A DNA stretch of 64,000 bases from Eledone cirrhosa (Eukaryota). The stretch spans positions 61,318,001 to 61,382,000 of the forward strand of contig OZ024742.1 in the NCBI GenBank assembly GCA_964016885.1. The letters run 5' to 3'. The notes under the pieces were generated by a model. That model saw only the letters and a list, made by a program, of their open reading frames with translations, was not told the DNA's origin and searched no databases. This document shows positions 26,450 through 40,107 of this stretch, one piece after another. The translations under genes and the position numbers were made by a program. How positions within the stretch are numbered: position 1 is the stretch's first letter; each line of letters starts with the position of its first letter.

Positions 26450-27407
26450 TTTAGTACAGCATAGACGAAGCTCTAGTATACGGCCAAGCTAGCGTGTATG
26501 CTTATTCGGTTTGTAGCTTTAGCACTCAGATGAGGTAAGGCCCCAGAGTATAACATTATGTTCAGACAGCTTAGCAAATTAGATATAGCAGTCGGCAGTC
26601 CGACTGCATCACTAGAGCAACGAAAATACAGGACCCAGGTAAAGATTTTTTACTGACCCGGACATAACGCTGAGGTTGGGTGTAAAATATATAATCCATA
26701 TGTTGTTTCCACAATATTGATCTTAAAATCGCACGCAGCGACAGCGCTAAGTTTCTGCAAATCCATGATCGACAAATTCCTATTGCAGGAGTCTGCAATA
26801 TAATGGTTTTTGACGACAGAACATAGGATTTACTTCTTCAGCAAGTCTTTCGTTCTTAGCCAAAGCGGGTATGCTGTGACTTTAAAGGTCGCCACAGACA
26901 CATGGTTTTGTCCGAAGGGAGGTAACCCCCGCTTAGGCGGTGTATTCTAATTTCAGATAAAGGGATGAATCCCCTTATTCAAACCGAATAAAGCACTCGA
27001 CTAGAAGTTATCAAACAAACTTAAACAATTAATTAATCAATAGAATCATCTAATAAAATTAATCAGTTAATCTAGGAGTAAATATAAATTTTAGTACAGC
27101 ATAGACGAAGCTCTAGTATACGGCCAAGCTAGCGCGTATGCTTATTCGGTTTGTAGCTTTAGCACTCAGATGAGGTAAGACCCCAGAGTATAACATTATG
27201 TTCAGACAGCTTAGCAAATTAGAAATAGCAGTCGGCAGTCCGACCGCATCACTAGAGCAACGAAAATACAGGACCCAGGTAAAGATTTTTTTACTGACCT
27301 GGACATAACGCTGAGGCTGGGTGTAAAATATATAATCCACATTGTGTTTCCACAATATTGATCGCAATATCGCACGCAACGACAGCGCTAAGCTTCTGCA
27401 AATCCAT
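26447..27407. repeat. Direct duplication (~320 bp, ~640 bp period), pLTR-like
   Basis: 26447-26766 is repeated at 27085-27407, flanked by (TA)n. Confidence 0.85.
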
Positions 27408-27429
27408 AAGAACTATATATATATATATA

Positions 27430-28600
27430 TAGTTCAAAGAAACAACAAACAGAGTCAAACAAATTCTATATTATTTTGATGCTTTATTTGGAAAAGCGGA
27501 AAGAAAGTTTGTCGTCTCGGGCTTTCGCACTTCTTCCTTTCTTCAGGAGTACAAAAATAAAGACAGGATCACTAAAATTAGATACAGAAAACTAAAAGAA
27601 AAATGAAAATAAAGAAATTAAACAATAAGAACCGTTTGGTAGTTTTGGTAACGATTTTTGAACGCAAAGTGAAGTGTGTATGTATTAACGAGTTTGTGAC
27701 ATAGGATGAAGGAAGTATGTTTAGTGTGTGTTAGAAAATATAAAACAGAGCAGACAAAAGGAAGATGGGTGGGGGAATTAAGGTTAAGGGATGAAATGTT
27801 TGTTAGGAGAAGATAAGTTGTTCTCTCGGCCAGCGCGAGTCAGAGAGTACAGCACATTGTGTGAGCCCGAAGACACTGAGGTAGCGTGAGGAGTGATTCG
27901 CGGATCGAAAATGACGAGAAATCGGAGTCGGGTTGCGGCCCCGAATGTCCTGAAGGTTTTCAGCAAATCTGTCGGCCAGTTTGAACAAGGTATATGCACA
28001 GAGTACAATAGAGCCCATAGAGAAGGCTGGTGGAGGTGCAGCTGAAGGAGTCCCTAACCCGGAAGGACCGGTTATTGGGACAGAAAAGGGTGGTGGAATT
28101 AGAGATATGGCTGCATGTATGGCAGCGGGGTCTGGAACAGGGGTGGGATCCAGGAGATGAGTTGGGGGAGTAAGGGACTTGCGGACAAGGACGTTCCGAA
28201 TGTTACGAGCGCGCTTGAATGAAAGGATAGGTGGAAGTAGGAAATGGGTGAAGTGGGGGGATCAGACGGTAGGAGGCAGAAAAGATGGAGGATCGTCTTC
28301 TGGAGGCGCAACGTAGAAGGATGATAGATGACGGGGAAGGGCTGTCGGTTTGTAAAGGGTGGTGGCGTGGAGGAGTGGCAGTGGTACAATCAAAACCATG
28401 GGCATGGATGAGGGCCGCTTGGATTAGGGTAGTGGGGTATCCGCGTCTAGTGAAAAGTTTGGCCATCTAATGAAACTGAATCTCAAAATCTTGGGTTTGA
28501 CTACGCAGGCGGGGTGGACGGAGGAAATGAGAATAGAAGATAGAGGGTCTGGTGTGAGGAGGGGGTGTTGAGGTATGCGTGTGAGTCCGAGGGCTTGAAG
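27430..28600 (-). mobile_element. Penelope-like element remnant (RT C-terminus, GIY-YIG, pLTR)
   Basis: Frameshifted ..HSYL..SSH, MAKLFTRRGYP, FSCTS, LADRFAENL.DIR...PISRHF, REQLIF. Degenerate HHR ctc-CTGAAGA..GAAA-gc-cc-gag at 27516-27549. Confidence 0.8.
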
Positions 28601-30869
28601 TAGGCAGAAGTGATGAGGGAGCGATTGGAAGGGTCAATGGTAAAAGAAATGTGAGAGAATCCTCCCACAATATATTGTTATAGCACGCTAGAGGTCGTTA
28701 AAATCAATGTTAGTTACATACTTCTGATATACGCCCAATCATTCTTATGTTATTTTTAAGAAGCACGTTATCATATGGTATCTAAAATAGCCTAATGTTG
28801 CAAATTGGGCGATGCAAAGCTTGTCTCTTGAATGCTATTTGTGTGAATAGTACAGCAAATGTTTATATCCGCTCTGCAGGCATTCACTGTTTGTTGTTGT
28901 TTCTAAATTAAGATTGGTCCGACTACAATGTGTAATTCTTTCTAACTATAATTACTATGGCTCTCGATAAGAACTAAAAATTCCGGAAGTTTATGATAAA
29001 TATGTCGATGTGTAATGTGACTGTCGTATAAGTGGGGTCATTTTGAGGTGAGGAGAAAATGTCTGATTTTCAAGGTTAACGTAAGTTTGATGGTGGGTTA
29101 CTGTTGATGTTTGACTCAAGGACAGCATGACAAACCTGGTGTCTGGAGGTTGTGGTCACATGTTATGCTTTCGTTTTAAGATAATGGAATAACAGACACC
29201 CGTCTTTTCCACAAGGAGAGTTACAATTGTTTGGTTAAATGAATGGCTTAATTGTTATATTAAATGGTTCAGTATTCTACAAACAAATGCAAACTTAACT
29301 TAAATCATTGGCATATTCACCATAATGTAGTGTGTGATAAGACTGGCTCCTTGAATTGCAGGTACAGTCAATTTTGTATTATAGTCTACATGAGCGATTA
29401 TACCTCAACTACGTGTATATTTAACTTAATCGAAAAGAAGATTCCACGTGACACAGTGTGACAAAGCTGGTCATATGAATTACTGGTACAACGGTAATTC
29501 AAGTCTGTTCGTTTCATCAGACATGATATAGAATACATCTACATCAAAAACAAAACAAAATGTCCGTGATGTAAAGTGTCAGTATAAGTTCAGTGCTGAT
29601 TTAAATGGCTAATGGGAGCAAGCATCGTAAACAGGTTACTCTGGAGTGCTACGACCAGCATGTAACCCAGTACAACCTATCACGTAATCGGGTCATTGGC
29701 AACCAAATCGGCAAACCCACCAAGCTTGCTTGATGAGGAGGTTAATTTTGGGACAGGGATAAATGGCCGGGAAACTCATGAGAGTCAATACGGGTAGGCT
29801 GTGCTCATTGGCCTTCGTTGGCAGTCTGTCTACGAGAAGCATCCCTCTGTTACCAAAATTGAGGTAGATTGGGTTCTTCTTCATCCATGTCATGAACGAG
29901 GATCAACTGTAGCTCGGTAACCAGCTGGCGTGTAAACGTTTGACGAGAATTCTAGACGCACTATCGTCATTTCACCGATGAGAATCACGAGCTTACAGCC
30001 TCATATAGATAAGAACTGGTGCAAATATTCATGGGAACAAAAAGGGTGCAACTATGACTGTGTTGTTCTGAGTTCATTTCCCCTGTGCGGAAATCCGTTC
30101 GGTAATTATTTTGTCTCTTATTTATCTTAAATCTATAAAACAAATTATACAACCCGAACATGATCCGTAGATTTATGAGGACTACTTTACTATAATTATA
30201 TCTCTTAACGACACATGAGATCTAATATTTGATTTCTAACAAAGGTGTTGTATTAACAATATTTTTAGAGCATCAGACAGGATACGATATGATATTAATA
30301 TACGGCACTTATGTTCGAAGCTCAAATCCTGCAAAGGTCAAATAAGATTTTACATATAAGAGAGAGGGTGGCTCAAGCACTGGCCTGTTACTTTATCTTA
30401 TTGATCCACAGAACATGAGAGACAAAATGGTCTTCGGCGGATTTTGAACTTAGACAGCAGAGAGACGGGATGAATATTCAATGTTCAACAGACTGATGAA
30501 TCGATTACCTTTCTAAATATTTTGAAAGCTATATCAATATTTCTACCATATCAGTTGGAAACGATTAACTTGGTTCCTGGGGAAGTAGATTTTGATCTAC
30601 AATTTAAGTAGATAGTTGGTTATCTAGAGAGCCATCTATATACACGTCCGTTTCTCACTAATTGAAGATTAATCTTTATGTCACACATCAGTTTATTAGC
30701 TTTCTAAGATAGTTGTAACCTTTCAATGTACCACAAAACTGCATGAAGCTATATGTACGTGCTGGATCATATATGTATATGCGTATGTTTGTGGGTGTGT
30801 GAGCGCGCATTTGCCTATCAATATATATATATATGTGTGTGTATGTGTGTGTGTGTGTGTGTGTGTGTA

Positions 30870-30975
30870 AAGTAGCGTAGCTTAGTGACTAAAGAGTTAG
30901 TTCAGCAATCGCATGGTTGTGAGTTCGATTCCCGGTCACGGTGATGTGTTCGGTCCTTGAATACACTTAGATCTA
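30870..30975 (+). mobile_element. tRNA-derived SINE head
   Basis: gtagcttagtg..gtgagttcgattcccgg..gtccttga, A/B boxes. Confidence 0.6.
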
Positions 30976-31464
30976 AATATGTGTTTGTATTTCCGTTGGA
31001 TGACATCGGTGGTGCCGAAACTGCTGGTCTTCCACAAAAACATCTTGCCCGGGATTGTGTCCAAAAGGCGATCTTTCTATATGCAAACCCCTTGGTCATT
31101 CGTGACTGCAGCCTTCTCTCTTCCTGTCATTCAACTGACAGTGAGCATTCTCTATACGGGGTGTGTCGGGAATCCCTCGATTGGAAATAGCCATGCCTGC
31201 TCCCTGCAAATGTAGTTGACAGTTGGCACCTTTTTGTAAGGCTTAGAAGTGTCCTTTCTATTTATTTGACATCCATTTCCTCAGATTTATTCACATCTTT
31301 CTCGATTTTTCTTTTTCACTCCTTACTTCCACATAAGAGGGAGAAAAAGATAGAAAAGGTGAGAGCCGTAGAGCTATGCATAGTGTACAAGGTGCCATTA
31401 CTTCGGAGGAAAAAGCGCAATATCAGTGAAGGGTAAAGATTTTATAATATGCATTAAAAGAACA

Positions 31465-31650
31465 ATGGATTGGCAGTATCGATAGAGCGTCTGACAACGT
31501 ACTTTGCATTCTGAGTTCAAAAAGCGTCGAGGTTAGCCTTGCTGTTATTCCTTACAGTGTCAATAAAATAAAGTACCAGTAACGCACATTACATCCCTCC
31601 CCTAAAATTGTTGAATTTGTGCCTAAATCGGAAACCATTGTAAGCTTCAG
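31465..31650 (+). mobile_element. tRNA-derived SINE
   Basis: tggcagtatcgatagagcg..gagttcaaa..gaggttagccttgc..aataaagtaccag, the same family as 17.5 kb. Further degenerate copies at ~30365-30480 and ~41520-41685 (minus). Confidence 0.75.
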
Positions 31651-31723
31651 AAGTTTCAATGATTGTCATACAACAATGTACGTCAAACCTTGCATAACCT
31701 ACGTTAAAAACAGTGGACATATG

Positions 31724-31778
<55 letters not shown>

Positions 31779-31911
31779 ACGCACACATAAAACACTCACA
31801 CTGACATGATCTTGTCTCTATTTTTGTACTTTTGAAGAAGGGTTAAAGCCCGACTAATAAAAGATGTTGGACCTCTATTGTGCCGTTTCCTTGAATTATA
31901 TATATATATAT

Positions 31912-32560
31912 ATTGTTATACTTGGGGAGGGTCATATTGTTGTAATAATATTGCCAGAAATAATAACAGAACACACTCACTGTTTGGTTGGTTTTCGCTT
32001 CTGCATCTTTTATATCTCCATAGTTAATTCATTCGGCAATCAATGTTTACCATTGACTGACCAACGGTCAAAAATACAGATATAAATAATATATATAGTC
32101 TAACAAAGTTCTTTCGCTGCACATCTGCAACATCATCAGTGGTACTATTATGTTTCCTCCTGTTGCATTGTATGTCTACGCCATTTTTATTTTATCTGTT
32201 TATTTATTTATTTATTTTTGTCTTCTCTACGCATGCGTTTGCGTGTGTGTATGGTGTTTGGCGTGTGTGTATTCGCGTTTGGATAACTGTGTTTTGGTTA
32301 TTGCATTCTATCTTAGTTTATTAGTGTTTGTTGTTATTGTGCTTGTGTATATATTTATTTATTTATTTATTTATTTATTTATATTTCTCTTAAGTCAGTA
32401 TTGTTTGTTTGGGTGGTGTTGTTATTCCATTCATTTTTTCTGTTTAGCTTTGGCTTTCTAAGCTCTATTTCGCTTGCTTCTCTGATTTGCCTACCTGCTG
32501 GGTCATTTCTATGTTTAGATATTATTTTAATTTCTATGTTGTCTGTGTTACGGTCATGTT
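31912..32560 (-). mobile_element. PLE pLTR family B copy with hammerhead (32102-32143)
   Basis: Minus: acca-CTGATGA-t-gttgca-gatg-tgcagc-GAAA-gaact-tt. Confidence 0.7.
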
Positions 32561-32987
32561 GTTGTCTGGCGTGATCGTATAGTACTGAACAGTTTCTCTA
32601 GTCAAAGAAGAAATGAAAAACAGTTTATTCTTGCGAACAAGATTACAAGAGTCAAATAAAATATACCTTACATATGTGAACATAACAGTAGGAAATAAAT
32701 GATGCGCAAATAGACATAGGTAGACAATATCAAGATTTCAATAGTAATAATATGACGTGTTTTTACTTCATAACTAATATATATATGTAATTTCTTTGTA
32801 TTGTATATATATATATATATTGAGTATTGAATGTTCGACATTATATTACTAGTCAGCTTTTACATGCGTGTATACGTGTGTATCTCCACCCTCTCTCTCT
32901 ATATATATATATAAACAAACAGAAATAACAACACAATATGTACAGTATATGGAAGGAATATATTAGGTTAACGCTTGAAACAGCATG

Positions 32988-33026
<39 letters not shown>

Positions 33027-33028
<2 letters not shown>

Positions 33029-33211
33029 AAAAAGTATTACCCCGACGGCAGAGCTCAAGCCGTTTCGATGGCTATTTCCAGAAATAGCCGTCGAAACGGC
33101 TTGAGCTTTGCCGTCGGGGTCATACTTTTTCCTATTTCCCACTCTACTACCCTAAGTATTGAGTACTCTGGTGCGTTGTGGTCCATCTTGTTCCTTACCA
33201 CAATTCCTTTG

Positions 33212-33213
<2 letters not shown>
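33027..33213. mobile_element. Palindromic PLE pLTR family A insertion
   Basis: Inverted about ctatttc-ca-gaaatag with the same end points as 16081. Confidence 0.85.
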
Positions 33214-33273
<60 letters not shown>

Positions 33274-33415
33274 CATTTGTAACACGAAATAAACTAAGTC
33301 CAGATGCATCACTGATTTTTCGTTTTCTTTATAATATCTACACTCTACTCTGATGAATAACGAGTGCTAATTTTCACATACCGCCCATGGAAGCACCATA
33401 GCTACCACTATACAC

Positions 33416-33451
<36 letters not shown>

Positions 33452-33498
33452 AATGAATAATAACAGGTAGACATCATAAAAAGGTAATTTATTCCGTG

Positions 33499-33610
33499 TG
33501 CTTACAAGTGTTTCCACGGTGGTACTGCAGCCTAGTTCCGCTACGTACAAATTCACAAGTATTTGCAGAACTCGAATATCCAATGCTGTGACCACTGTTT
33601 CCTCAGAGCA
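33499..33610 (-). ncRNA. Type I hammerhead with extended stem II
   Basis: tgct-CTGAGGA-a-acagtggt..accaccgt-g-GAAA-cacttg-TA-agca, downstream of a pyrimidine-rich PLE-like tail (33650-33830). Confidence 0.7.
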
Positions 33611-34065
33611 GAATGGTAAATGTACAATGTAAAAACCCTTAAGTGGGGTTGTTGGGGAAGATAGAGTGGAACATGAAGAGAGAAAAGTAGGGAAGAAGGA
33701 GAGAGAAGGAAAGATATGCAGGGGTTGGAGAAGTAGGAGAGAGTGGCTTGTAGATATCTTAATCAAAATGTTATGGTAGGGGTTTTATTAGTTACTTTTG
33801 GAGAGATGCGTAGATAGTTGAGGTCGGAATTATTTATTGCCCCAGAGGGCAGGTTCATAGATGTTGAGAGGGAAGTAGGTCAAAGGCGAGAGAGAGAGAG
33901 TGAAATGGATGTAGAGAGAGATATATAGGTAGAGAGGAGACAGATAAAGTATGTGTGGTGAGTGAACTTTTGGTTTTGTAGTAGTAATCTAGGAATTGTA
34001 CTGAGTTACCATGTATAGTGATAGCATATATATATACATATGCTATTTCAAGCGTTAACCTAATA

Positions 34066-34104
<39 letters not shown>

Positions 34105-34977
34105 GCACCTTACTGGTTGAGTTCTATATTGGAGGTAGCTCTACATTTTGAATACACCTACCATAGCGTGTTTTTACTCATACAACAGTTTCTTCTATAT
34201 TTTTAGACGTCACGTATCATGGTAGCGTAGAACTGCTAGATTCATTATGGAAACAATACGCGCTAGTATGTACACACTAATGGCCTATGTAGTCAGTGGG
34301 GCGTTAACCAGTAAAGGACATGCAATTGCCCAATTATGTAATATCTGTTGATAATACGCAATTTTCTGAACACTTCAGTTTTAATAACTGTTGTTGGGCT
34401 GGCTATTGTACAAAAACGGAAACTGTCCAATAGCTAGATATGTAACGTATCTTTACCAAAAACGCAACCACTGCACTCGCGATTTAACTATCATGTGTGC
34501 ACTCAGAACATCGAGATGCAGTTTCACAACTCCAATCTTATTGATTCATTGGGTGAGATAGTCATGGACAGAGATCGCTGAAATAGCATCAGTGAATTTC
34601 GTAAACCCTGTATGTATCTTTATATATATATATATATATATATTATTTATTTATATTTACATTTATATACATCTATATATATATATATATGAGTGTGTTG
34701 GTGTGTGTGTGTGTGGACTGGTGATTTTTTCATATAGGCGATGGCTACACAGGGCCACTTGAATTAGAAGTGACTTATTTTCCATCTGAAGGCACTGAAG
34801 TAATGTCAAATAATTACAGGTAACGGTGTGTTCAAGGTGTACTTCAGCAAAATAGGTTATTTTACGATGTTCGTCTTGCCAGATGCTGCGACCGGCTTAT
34901 AGTATCAGCAACGGAAAGACCAAGAGAAACATTGTTTCCATGGGCCGATCTAACGATCGATTTATATATATATATAT

Positions 34978-35395
34978 ATTGGAATTTCATATTTCTGAAG
35001 AAATGCGGTATTTTTATAAATGAACTTTTAGAAAGCTCTGCAAAGACACCAGAGGCTATCGCCACGTGGTGATGTCCAGCAGTAGCAGGGCGGACAATCG
35101 TCGATGCATTTCTAACTTAACTGGTCCTCATCAGGACGATCCCTCCCGCCCTTGCAACTGCTGGACTTGAAAACAGACGAAATATATAGGTGTCTCCTCT
35201 GTGTAAATGAGGTGATTAATCTCGTTTGCGTATGAAGCTGTATAAGTTGGCTCAACTAATAATAGCAGAGAATTAGAATTTAGCTTCAAGCATAGCTGTA
35301 TACAGATATGTATTGAAATTTCGTATTTCTAAAGAAATACGGTATGTTTATAAATAAACATTTAGAAAGCCGTAGCTATGCAAAAACACCAGCGA
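34978..35395 (-). mobile_element. Tandem PLE pLTR family F with hammerhead (35097-35140)
   Basis: atcgtc-CTGATGA-..-GAAA-tgca-TC-gacgat. Homologous to 60510-61170 and diverged 62970-63180. Confidence 0.75.
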
Positions 35396-35439
35396 GCAAA
35401 GTAGTTGGAGGAAGACCAGCAGTCGCCTTTGCATAGCAG

Positions 35440-35660
35440 CCTCCCCTCTCCATGACAGCAATGATGTCCAAAGGAAAGGCTATGGCCAATAGAGCTTGGC
35501 ACCAGTGGCGTCGCAACTTATTTCTACAGCTTAGTAAACCGGAACAACATCAAATAAAGTGTCTTTCTGAATGACACAACGCATCACCCAGTCCGAGACT
35601 CGAACTCAAAACCTTTCGATTGCAAGCCCAATACTCTACCCATTAAGCCATATACCTTCA
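35440..35660 (-). mobile_element. tRNA-derived SINE (second family)
   Basis: Minus: ggcttaatgggtagag..gagttcgagtctcgga..gttgtgtc..ttgttccggtttact. A related head lies at ~56290-56385. Confidence 0.65.
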
Positions 35661-35850
35661 CACCCACACATATATATATGTGTGTGTGTGTGTGTGTGTA
35701 TGCGTTGTGTGTACGTGTGTGTGTGTATTTATATATATAACAAATTACACACCTGCCTATTGATTTATTTATCTAACCTATATATTAACCTAGGCACCAA
35801 TTTTTCAATACAAGAATGAATATGTATTTATGTACGTATGTATGTATGTG

Positions 35851-35898
<48 letters not shown>

Positions 35899-36229
35899 AT
35901 ATATATAAAGAGAGATAGAGAGATATATGTATATATACACACACATATATATATATATGTATGTATGTATGCATATACATATGCATATATGTGTGTATTT
36001 ATCACAGGATGTACACATAGGTATGTATGTATGTATGGATTAGTTAGGTATGTGTGAATACATGTATGCATATATTTACCAGATTATTTAAACATATCTT
36101 TATTTTTATTTCCATACATTCACTGTTGTGAGTTGAATAACGTTGCCGAACTAGTGTTCAGACAACATCTCACTACCATTCAATAAATATTATTCTCCTT
36201 GCTTTATCAGCATTCTCATTGACAGGGCA

Positions 36230-36276
<47 letters not shown>

Positions 36277-36819
36277 GTTTACGTGAACTCCTATGATTTT
36301 GCTATAACTATTGATCCTGACCACGAGTGATATTTTTAATGCAATGTAAATGTTTGCTGATAGGGGAAAGGAAAACATAATTGTAGAAGAGGACGGCAGA
36401 TCTATATAAAGATTACCATGCGGAGTTGTAATAATGCTTTCAGTGTAGGCGAGAGTAGAAAATCAGTCCATTAACGCTGAATTAAGAAGTGAAAAACACC
36501 TTTTTCCATTTAAAAGTTATACATTTCACTTTTTCGTGTAAATTTTATCTCGAAATACTAAACCTATTTCCAAATAAAAATAAAGTCATTTTTATAATAT
36601 TATTGGTAGGTAGAATATTCTCAATAATGATATACTACACACCATCACAGTTGGGGTTTAAATTAAAACCGAAAACATTAAACTTGAAAGACAGTCATTC
36701 TGTGTGTGTGTGTGAGTGAGAGAGAGAGAGAGTGTGTGTGTGTGTGCGTGCGTGTGTGCGCTCGCGCTTCTATGTGTGTGTTTATATATATATATATATG
36801 TGTATGGGTGTGTGTGTCT

Positions 36820-37570
36820 ATCTGGCCGTCCTATCGTTTCTGCGTGCAACTGCCCCACCGAGAGAATTTCTGAATATGTAGACACCATCCTCGCCCCGTT
36901 GGTCGGCAATCTCCCCTCCCACATCCACGATACAAATCATGCCCTTAGACTTTTCAACTCTTTCTCTTTTCCTCCTGGTCACTCCCGCCTCCTCTTTACC
37001 CTGGACATCACTTCTCTCTATACCGCCATCCCTCATGATGACGGCCTCCGCGCTCTCCAGCATTTTTTAGATTTATGCCCTACCCCTTACCCCAGCACTA
37101 CCACTCTTCCCCGTCTGGCTGAACTTGTTCTCACCCTTAATGGATTTTCTTTTATGGGTGAATTTTAGCAGCAGGTCTCTTGGGTAGCGATGGGGAACAA
37201 ATGGGTCCAAACTATGCCAACTTGTTTGTTGGCTACGTCGAAGCCCAGATCTTCTCCCAGTACGCTGGACTGACTCCTGAGCTATACCGTCTTTATATCG
37301 ACGACTGTATCGGTGCCACCTCTCTATCATGAGAACAGCTCGACTGTTTTCTTTCTTTTGTCCAATCTTTCCATCCTGCTCTCAATTTCACCGCCTCCGT
37401 CTCCGATTCTTTTGTCGCTTTTCTAGACATCTCTCTGTCTATTAATCTCTCTCACCACACCCTCTCTGCTTCCATCTAGATTAAACCAACAGACTCCCAA
37501 TCTTATCTCTACTTCACACCTCCCATCCAATCCACACCAAACACTCCATACACTATTCCCTCTTCCTGCT
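36820..37570 (+). pseudogene. Penelope-like reverse transcriptase fragment
   Basis: GRPIVSACNCPTE.IS..VD..L, LFTLDITSLYT.IP..DG, VAMG..MGPNYANLFVG, YRLYIDDC, FLDI, KPTD..SYL. Confidence 0.9.
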
Positions 37571-37790
37571 ATATCAAGCGTTAACCTAATATATACCTTC
37601 CATATACTGTACCGATTGTGTTGTTATTTCTGTTGTCCTTTTACATACATATATATATATAAGTACTCTCATATATATATATATATAAGTACTCTCCATA
37701 TCATTACATCAAGATTGACCATACGGAATGACCAGCTCTATCCAGTGGTGAACCTTCAAACCTAAATAAATATATATATATATATAATAT

Positions 37791-37847
<57 letters not shown>

Positions 37848-37853
<6 letters not shown>

Positions 37854-38405
37854 ATACTTTGGGAGGGTCATGTTGCCAATAAGAAACACACGCACCAGTT
37901 GCTTTCACTCCAATTTATTATAAATTAAACTATCAATTTAAACATTTAAATTTCCGGTTGGTTGGTTGGTTCCACAACCGGACGGTTGGTCATATATTGT
38001 CAAAGTTCTTTCGTCATACATTCTGTGACCTCTTCAGTGACTGGGGATTCTTTTCTTTGTTTTGTACCTCTCCTTTGTTCTGTCCTACGCCATCTTGTTT
38101 TTTCTGTGTGCTGTGTGCTTAGTTTGTGCATGTGTTACATCCGGGTGTCTGTGTGTGTTTTTATTTGTTTATTTATATGTTTATTTACATGTTACTGGTT
38201 GGTTGTTTGTGCTATGTGTGTGTGTTTTCATTTTGTCCTCAATTGTAAGTTGTGATGTTGCTATTCCATTCATGTTTTCTATTTCATTTTGGTTGGAGTT
38301 CAATTATGTTTATCGCCTCTGTGATTTGTCTAAACATTGCGTCTTTTCTACACACAGAAAAGACGCAATGTTCAGACAAATCACAGAGGCAATAAACATA
38401 ATAAA
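37848..38405 (-). mobile_element. PLE pLTR family B copy with hammerhead (37999-38041) and terminal foldback
   Basis: Minus: gtca-CTGAAGA-g-gtca..tgac-GAAA-gaact-T-tgac. ~45 bp hairpin at 38303-38402. Confidence 0.75.
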
Positions 38406-39594
38406 CTTTCGGGATCGTTAAACAAAATACCAGCCTTGTTGCTATCCTCTCATCTTCCTGCTGTCACACTTCTTGATGTTCTGCCAAGTAAGAAGGCGAA
38501 AACGTGTCTTCATCTGCTCGCAAATGCATGGCATATACAATCAGATCATACTCATTGCGTGTAACGCCTTTATATATATAAATATATAACGCAGATCGTT
38601 GATATTATGTCAACGGTCCCCGCCCAACATCTAGTTTACTCAATGAATCTACCAGAATGCAGTAATGCAACTGCAACTAGCTGTTCAGAGTGTACACATT
38701 TTACTTAATAGCAGGTACGGTGGCTGTGGTTTGGTAGAGATAAATGTAAAAATCTTGACTCCTGGACGATATCGTTTCTGTGCAACATTTCTTCACAGAT
38801 GCAGATATTAAATCCGCAGTGCTGCGTAATATCAGCAGATAGTTACGTAATCGGGCAAAATGCACGTCATTACCAGACGGCCTATGTTAGTAAATTGGTC
38901 TATTCCTTTCGTGTGGTAGTCTTTACCACTCGATAATATATATGTATGTGTGTGTGAATCAATTTAATTACCTTGCATTGAAACCATCCATGATCATCTT
39001 GTATACACTTTGTCATCGTTTAAAGACTTGAAGTTTTATTTCGTAACAGATTAAACAGAATGATTATCACTGTCAACACTAATTAACCCAAACCAAGTCA
39101 AGCTTGTACTGGATGGCATTTCTTCTCCATCAGATGCTTTATAAGCAAAATGTTTATAAGCCATAGCTAATTCAAATATCAGTACCGAGTGATTAAACGC
39201 CACTGATGATGGATAACATTCTGAAACACTAGTGCCCGGAGTTCTCGCACGACTACTAACGTAGCTGTGACAGGATAAGGGTTTTTGGAATATTTACTTC
39301 TTTCTACTCAACAAGTAGGAAGCCCTGTCATCACTAGTCCGATGTCGGACTTGAACTAAGAACGACGTAAATAGCCGAAATAAATACCGCAACCCAACAT
39401 ATCCGACGCCCCAATCACTCAACCAATTCACTTTTCTTGAGGTGAATGGTTCTTGATTCATCGGTATCAAAAGGATAATAAGCAAAGCTATCCTCGCCAG
39501 GATGCGAACTGAGAGAGCCAGAAGTAATACCGTAAATTATTTGATCAGACGTTGAATCGATTATGCCAATTCGCCACCACACGCACACACAAAT

Positions 39595-39599
<5 letters not shown>

Positions 39600-39658
<59 letters not shown>

Positions 39659-39683
39659 TATATAATATATATATATATAATAT

Positions 39684-39726
<43 letters not shown>

Positions 39727-39782
39727 TATATATATATAATATATATATATATATAATATATATATATATATATAATATATAT

Positions 39783-39814
<32 letters not shown>

Positions 39815-39917
39815 ATATATATATATATATATAATATATATATATATATATAATATATATATATATATATAATATATATATATATATATAATATATATAT
39901 ATATATATAATATATAT

Positions 39918-39998
<81 letters not shown>

Positions 39999-40020
39999 CA
40001 TAAATATAAATATATATATC
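39600..40020. repeat. Compound (TA)n array with periodic AA interruptions
   Basis: Direct observation. Confidence 0.95.
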
Positions 40021-40064
40021 GTGCGAGAGAGAGAGAAAGAGAGATTTGTACATATACTCGCAAT

Positions 40065-40107
<43 letters not shown>

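Noticed and set aside
26820-26900. Minus strand taa-gaac-GAAA-gacttg-CTGAAGA, resembling the permuted order
   Set aside because: I could not find the substrate strand or the supporting helices.
30980-31250. GC-richer unique stretch with short ORFs (also 39290-39580, 40770-40900, 55070-55410)
   Set aside because: No recognisable protein motif or convincing splice-site pair. A host exon cannot be excluded without RNA data.
39199-39240. CTGATGA..GAAA-cactagtg motif
   Set aside because: Probably a decayed HHR, but the UH site reads CC and stem I is weak, so it is not called as a feature.
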